A stretch of 64,000 bases of DNA from a phage. The position numbers were made by a program, and so were the translations under genes. The stretch lies in assembly GCA_014913405.1 (NCBI GenBank), contig GCA_014913405.1_3931.1; one strand, given 5' to 3'. This document shows, piece by piece, positions 59,529-64,000 of this stretch (the stretch's first letter is position 1; every line of letters begins with the position of its first letter). Under the pieces are notes generated by a model. That model worked only from the letters and a program-made list of their open reading frames with translations, ran no database searches and was not told the DNA's origin.

Positions 59529-59830
59529 TTTCTTTTACCACCAATCTCTACGTCGATAACTTGAACATCACCAGCAACATCAAACTTATGAATGATACTT
59601 TCCACAGTGTAAGTCCAACCCTCAATGCGAACCAATTCACCTTCTCGTGGGACGATTGGGTTACGTTGAGCTACGGTTGTAGTGGAGTGAACAACATCAT
59701 AACAATAGGTATAGTTGACTAGGACTTCCATCGTAAAAACCTCACTCAATAACCGTAGTGTGTGATTGACTATTTTTACCATATCTATAAGATGTTGTTG
59801 TTTGAGAGTTTGGACATCTGACAACAACAA
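59525..59830 (-). CDS. Hypothetical protein (start uncertain; overlaps next ORF)
   Basis: ORF 101 aa. Confidence 0.35.
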   Translation of the reverse strand: MLLSDVQTLKQQHLIDMVKIVNHTLRLLSEVFTMEVLVNYTYCYDVVHSTTTVAQRNPIVPREGELVRIEGWTYTVESIIHKFDVAGDVQVIDVEIGGKRK

Positions 59831-60002
59831 TATCTGTGCTTATTGCATCCCCATTTAACTTATAGACTTTGCAATCTTGCATCTCTGGTGGGAGGCTATA
59901 AGAAGCGTTTTTGTCCTCGTAAGATGGATTACAGCCAGATATAAAGATAACACCAAGCACAATTACTGCTTTCCACATAATACTTCTCCTATTACTGTTC
60001 AC
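59742..60002 (-). CDS. Putative lipoprotein
   Basis: Signal peptide with ISGC lipobox-like motif. Confidence 0.4.
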   Translation of the reverse strand: MNSNRRSIMWKAVIVLGVIFISGCNPSYEDKNASYSLPPEMQDCKVYKLNGDAISTDIVVVRCPNSQTTTSYRYGKNSQSHTTVIE

Positions 60003-60164
60003 GATGTTCTACTTCTCTGTACGTTCGTCGATAGTCTATAATAAGTTGTGCTAATTCGTTGCTTTTAACATTCGAACGTAGCAGTTGCCAATCAAAACCT
60101 TTACCGACTCTTCCATATAAACTAAATAATTTTACTTTGCGTTTCATTTTGGTATCCCCAATAC

Positions 60165-60377
60165 TCAGAGGTCAATGCTAATACGTTCACCCTTAAGGAC
60201 TCCTGTACGGTCCCTTGCAATCTTACCGTCAACAATAAGGATGTGTGCAGACCTTAAAGATTCACTATTAAAACCTTTTACGAACTTACTAGGCATCACC
60301 ACAATAAGCATCTCCTGAATCAACTCTGGAGTATAGCAGTTGTCGTGAAGTTGCTGAATAACGTCTGAAAGTGTCAT
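60165..60377 (-). CDS. Hypothetical small protein
   Basis: ORF 70 aa. Confidence 0.4.
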   Translation of the reverse strand: MTLSDVIQQLHDNCYTPELIQEMLIVVMPSKFVKGFNSESLRSAHILIVDGKIARDRTGVLKGERISIDL

Positions 60378-60438
60378 GAGACCTCCTATACAAGATACAG
60401 TATAAGGTACTCTTCCATGAGCACCTTGTCAATACTAA

Positions 60439-63168
60439 TTAGTGTACTTCAAGCCAGCTTTTACCAACCTTACCAGTACCAGTTACCAGTGTTTCACTCT
60501 TTAGTCCTAAGTTCTTAGAGGCTTGCCCGTAATACCAATCAGTGACAGCCTTCACCTCTGCCGTCATACTTTCTGGACATTCCCAACTCGTCTCATCGTG
60601 ATAGGAGCACAATAAACGAGCACCTATAGCTGGTTTGCGACCGTTCAACTTCATCAAACCTTCGTCAATCATACGACGGCAAGCAAGGTTAATTGCCTCG
60701 TTCTGAATCTGACTTTCCGAACCCATGAGCAAATAATTCAATAGCTTATGCGGAGATTTACACCACAACCAAGCTCCAGCAACCTTTACAAAACCTCCTT
60801 TAGAGATTGCAGCAGTCTTACCAAACACCTCTTCAAGTGCCTTTTTAGTTGCTTTGTAGTCAGCTTCCAAGTCATCTAGCAGCTTCTTAATTTTAGGCAA
60901 ACGAATAAAGTAAGTCTGTTTAGTCAGCGCACCTTCCTGAGTAGTTGCAGCTTTAATCGTCTTAGCAAACTTTTCATCACCTGCACCGAACAGTAGTGCA
61001 TAGATACCATTCTTAGCTTTCTTACGACCTTTGCTAATCTCATGAAGAAGATTCTCATCCTGAGTAGCTCGACAAGTCAAGATATCCTGCTCATCATTCA
61101 AGCTAAAGTAAATACTGTTCAGTGTATGTGCATCAGTCCCTGAATAGACAACGTACAGGTCATTCTCAGAGTCATAGCGAAGGTACTTATCAATCTCTGG
61201 GTTTAGGTACTCATCAAAATGTTTGCAGTAATAGCGTCCATCTTCTTGACGAATAAACTCAATCTCTTCTTTACCTTGCGTTACCGCTTTGGTGAAGTCT
61301 TTGTCACCCATAAAGTTACAAAGGAGAACTAGCTGGGCTGAGTTCATGTCTACAGAGACAACATTAGTACCTTCTTCACAAATCCACACTGCCCTCATTG
61401 GTTCCCCATAGACAGCAGCACCAGACGGTACGTTTACAATACCATATTGTGTCATACGTCCAGTTGAAGTACCAAATACCATTGCACCAGCACTAAGGCG
61501 ACCATCTGGACGAATCTGGTTCAGCCAACCTTTCTCGTCATCCTTTGAGTTCTCAATAGTTCTGCGTCTGTGCATCAAAGTGTAGTACTTAGCAATCTTC
61601 TGTCCAAGCTCACCTTCAATCGTATCATAAGATGATTCAGTAAGTTTTGGTGAAGTACGGATTAAGCAAGGTTCAAGCAAATCTGTGTATTTCTTCACGG
61701 ACCAGTTATGCTCAATGTACTGAACACCTTCATGTTCAACATAACTCAAACCACACCGCTCAACCATTTCCTGCCACTTAGGATGTTTTGTAATCATCTT
61801 TTTATTGTCTTTGAAACGACAAACTTTGACAGGGCGACCATCTGAGTCTTTCTTGTAGTTCCAGTCATCTGGAATCCAACCAACTGATTTCAAGTAGTCT
61901 TTAACAACTGCTACCTGAGTCATGCGAGAAACTTCGAACTCAATTGGTGTATATGGTGCATCAATCAAACCTGTGTAGCGACTTGACTCAAGTTCAAAGT
62001 GGTTAACAACGTGACTGTTATAGTACTTCACAGTTTTGACTGTTTTCACTGGCTTCCAGTCTTTGCATTTCTTACCAATCTTTGCATTCAACTCATTGCA
62101 AATTGCACGAGCATCCTTCATTGCTACAAAGCCTTCCTTGTACTCTTCACCAGTTACAGAGTTGGTTGGGGTGTAGCAATTTCTCTTTTCAATGTTAAAA
62201 ATCTTTGTAGTTGGCTTACCAAATGGCTTGATTTCGTATGTCTGCATCTCACCGTTACGTACCTGCTGACGGTACTTTGTCTTAGGGTACTTGGTAATTC
62301 TCTTCAGTCCATCTGCATGACCGAATGCTTCAACATACTCATTCCAAGCTTTTACAAACTCTTCTCCAGTGACTTTACCTTTGGTCTTAATAGTTGGAGG
62401 TAGATGTGGTTCAACCTCTGAAGCAAGCTCATTAGTCAACTTGTCAAGCTCCTTTACATGGAACTCCATAAGCTCCTTATCAGCTTTCCAACCATTGATA
62501 GCTTGTTGACTCATCCAGAAAGATGTTTCTTTAGCTCGCATATAGGTTTCATAAGTATCTATGCCACACTTCTTAAGCTTGAGATACTCATTATCAAGTG
62601 CCCGTTTAGTTTTGGCGTTAATACGGATATCTTCTACAACACGAGTGAAGATTTCTGCATTCCACACACCCCAATGTTCAATCTCTGGTTTACGAACACC
62701 AACACGAGCACCCCATGCAGCCAAGCCATGAGCACCTTTATAGCCTTTTGGAGTTGGCCTATCCATCCACTGAACACGAGACTGAATAAGAGAATCCTGA
62801 AAGAAATTACTCCACGGCTTACATTTTGGATTATCAAAGTTCCATAAATCCGGTGCAATGTGATTGAAAACCCACCAGTCATAACCGAGGCCATTATGGA
62901 TACAAAGTCGTTTTGCCTTTAACGCAAACTCAACACCTTCACGTAAGCCACCCTTAATGTACTTAGTGTACTTGTGACCGAGGATAGGCTCATCTGTAAA
63001 GACCCATACAGGTGGCTCTTCATCGTCAGATTTATAGTCTGCAAAGGCCATTACGTGAACTTTAGTGAACTCAAGGAGTAAACCATCAGTTTCTGTATCA
63101 CCAACTAAATGTAAGTTTTTAAAATCTACGTTTTCCATTTTTACTCCCTCTAAAATCATTAACCTCAT
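60439..63168 (-). CDS. Family A DNA polymerase with 3'-5' exonuclease domain
   Basis: Exo I DTETDG; Pol motif A DMNSAQLVLL; motif B KNGIYALLFG; motif C YHDE. Confidence 0.85.
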   Translation of the reverse strand: MRLMILEGVKMENVDFKNLHLVGDTETDGLLLEFTKVHVMAFADYKSDDEEPPVWVFTDEPILGHKYTKYIKGGLREGVEFALKAKRLCIHNGLGYDWWVFNHIAPDLWNFDNPKCKPWSNFFQDSLIQSRVQWMDRPTPKGYKGAHGLAAWGARVGVRKPEIEHWGVWNAEIFTRVVEDIRINAKTKRALDNEYLKLKKCGIDTYETYMRAKETSFWMSQQAINGWKADKELMEFHVKELDKLTNELASEVEPHLPPTIKTKGKVTGEEFVKAWNEYVEAFGHADGLKRITKYPKTKYRQQVRNGEMQTYEIKPFGKPTTKIFNIEKRNCYTPTNSVTGEEYKEGFVAMKDARAICNELNAKIGKKCKDWKPVKTVKTVKYYNSHVVNHFELESSRYTGLIDAPYTPIEFEVSRMTQVAVVKDYLKSVGWIPDDWNYKKDSDGRPVKVCRFKDNKKMITKHPKWQEMVERCGLSYVEHEGVQYIEHNWSVKKYTDLLEPCLIRTSPKLTESSYDTIEGELGQKIAKYYTLMHRRRTIENSKDDEKGWLNQIRPDGRLSAGAMVFGTSTGRMTQYGIVNVPSGAAVYGEPMRAVWICEEGTNVVSVDMNSAQLVLLCNFMGDKDFTKAVTQGKEEIEFIRQEDGRYYCKHFDEYLNPEIDKYLRYDSENDLYVVYSGTDAHTLNSIYFSLNDEQDILTCRATQDENLLHEISKGRKKAKNGIYALLFGAGDEKFAKTIKAATTQEGALTKQTYFIRLPKIKKLLDDLEADYKATKKALEEVFGKTAAISKGGFVKVAGAWLWCKSPHKLLNYLLMGSESQIQNEAINLACRRMIDEGLMKLNGRKPAIGARLLCSYHDETSWECPESMTAEVKAVTDWYYGQASKNLGLKSETLVTGTGKVGKSWLEVH

Positions 63169-63197
63169 ACATTACTGCAAAAAATTATAAAAAGCAA

Positions 63198-63223
63198 GTT
63201 GACAATGTACTTGACAAGGTGTT
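63198..63223. promoter_or_regulatory. Conserved divergent-junction element GTTGACAATGTACTTGACAAGGTG
   Basis: Near-identical to 20698-20722. Confidence 0.6.
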
Positions 63224-63395
63224 AATCTTTGCGAAGTGGGTTTTTACTTAAAAGGTTACTTAACAGTTTAACTATACAGATACTTTAAAGCTCTTAAAAG
63301 ATTATTTAATAGCTTTTAAAAAGCTTTAAAGTATAACGTATAGAATACGTTAAGATAAAAGATTAAAACTTAATAGTTACTTAAAAGAGGCTTAC

Positions 63396-63818
63396 ATGCA
63401 GAAAATGTTTGTTCACCCAGACATAGCTGACTTTGTTAGAGCTTTGCAGAAGTTGGAAGAACTTGACATTGCTGCTCAACGGGAATATGCTCACCATCAC
63501 AGGAGAATGGTTGATATACAACATGAAATAGAGTTATCAGAAGACTATGAAGATGACTTAAAATGCTCTGTGTTCGAGCACATGAAAGATGTTGCTATAG
63601 CTAGACGTAAAGCTAAAGATACAGTTGCTTTACTAGATTCTCTTAAAAAGAGGTTGCAAAGTGGTACAGACCTGTGTAATCTAGCATCACTGATTAACGA
63701 TGTTGAAACTTCTTGGGACAGGCATTACTATCCACGTTCTGAAAAGACACTTGACTTTTCTTCATCTGAAAACTTAAAATGCTCTAGAAAGAAACTTAAC
63801 CAACTGAGAGAGAAATAA
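63396..63818 (+). CDS. Hypothetical protein
   Basis: ORF 140 aa. Confidence 0.5.
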   Translation: MQKMFVHPDIADFVRALQKLEELDIAAQREYAHHHRRMVDIQHEIELSEDYEDDLKCSVFEHMKDVAIARRKAKDTVALLDSLKKRLQSGTDLCNLASLINDVETSWDRHYYPRSEKTLDFSSSENLKCSRKKLNQLREK

Positions 63819-63819
63819 T

Positions 63820-64000
63820 ATGAATACTACTGTAGACCGAATGCTTAAAGAAAAAGGTATTGATGAAGCATTTTTAATCAATGCTGTAGAAAGCATGGCT
63901 ATGATTCTTCGTGGAAATAACTATACAGAACAGTTTATGCCAAAAAGCTATAACTTGCCTGAAGATAAAACTGATAACGGTGCTTTTGCAGAGCAGGTTA
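63820..64000 (+). CDS. Hypothetical protein, 3' end outside window
   Basis: ATG at 63820; open to window end. Confidence 0.4.
   Translation, partial: MNTTVDRMLKEKGIDEAFLINAVESMAMILRGNNYTEQFMPKSYNLPEDKTDNGAFAEQV

Overview
This window is a 64 kb slice of a large, AT-rich, virulent tailed dsDNA phage genome with a contractile tail. From the translated ORF track and motifs I can read by eye, it contains, in order: (1) the 3' part of an rIIB-like gene followed by a plus-strand block of small genes, including a secreted lytic transglycosylase, an overlapping spanin-like pair and a macro-domain protein. (2) An array of 14 small genes (5.8-11.6 kb), each preceded by a near-identical leader and one of two conserved stem-loop classes, resembling the promoter/stem-loop cassettes of T4-type hyperplastic regions. 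(3) A 1.6 kb ORF-free region (11.6-13.2 kb) packed with TTGTTA(A/G) iteron-like repeats plus an AT-rich tandem repeat. (4) A minus-strand block (13.2-20.6 kb) with a T4-type lysozyme and a paralogous pair of proteins, one carrying Ig-like repeats. (5) A vWA-domain protein immediately upstream of a tRNA array (22.9-28.1 kb) in which I fold about 27 tRNA-like genes whose anticodons cover all 20 amino acids, interspersed with a family of structured elements that have conserved ends. (6) A complete morphogenesis module: large terminase, portal, S49 protease/scaffold, lambda gpE-like major capsid, sheath and tube candidates, chaperones with a -1 frameshift site, tape measure, P2/Mu-like baseplate and two tail fibres. 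(7) A minus-strand nucleotide-metabolism and replication block: thymidylate synthase, DHFR, ATP-dependent ligase and a family A DNA polymerase. The most interesting candidate for an undescribed system is the tRNA array with its interspersed structured elements, sitting next to the vWA protein (a possible Ro60/Y-RNA-like module); the small-gene cassette array is the second candidate. All tRNA folds and protein family calls were made by eye without tools and need confirmation.
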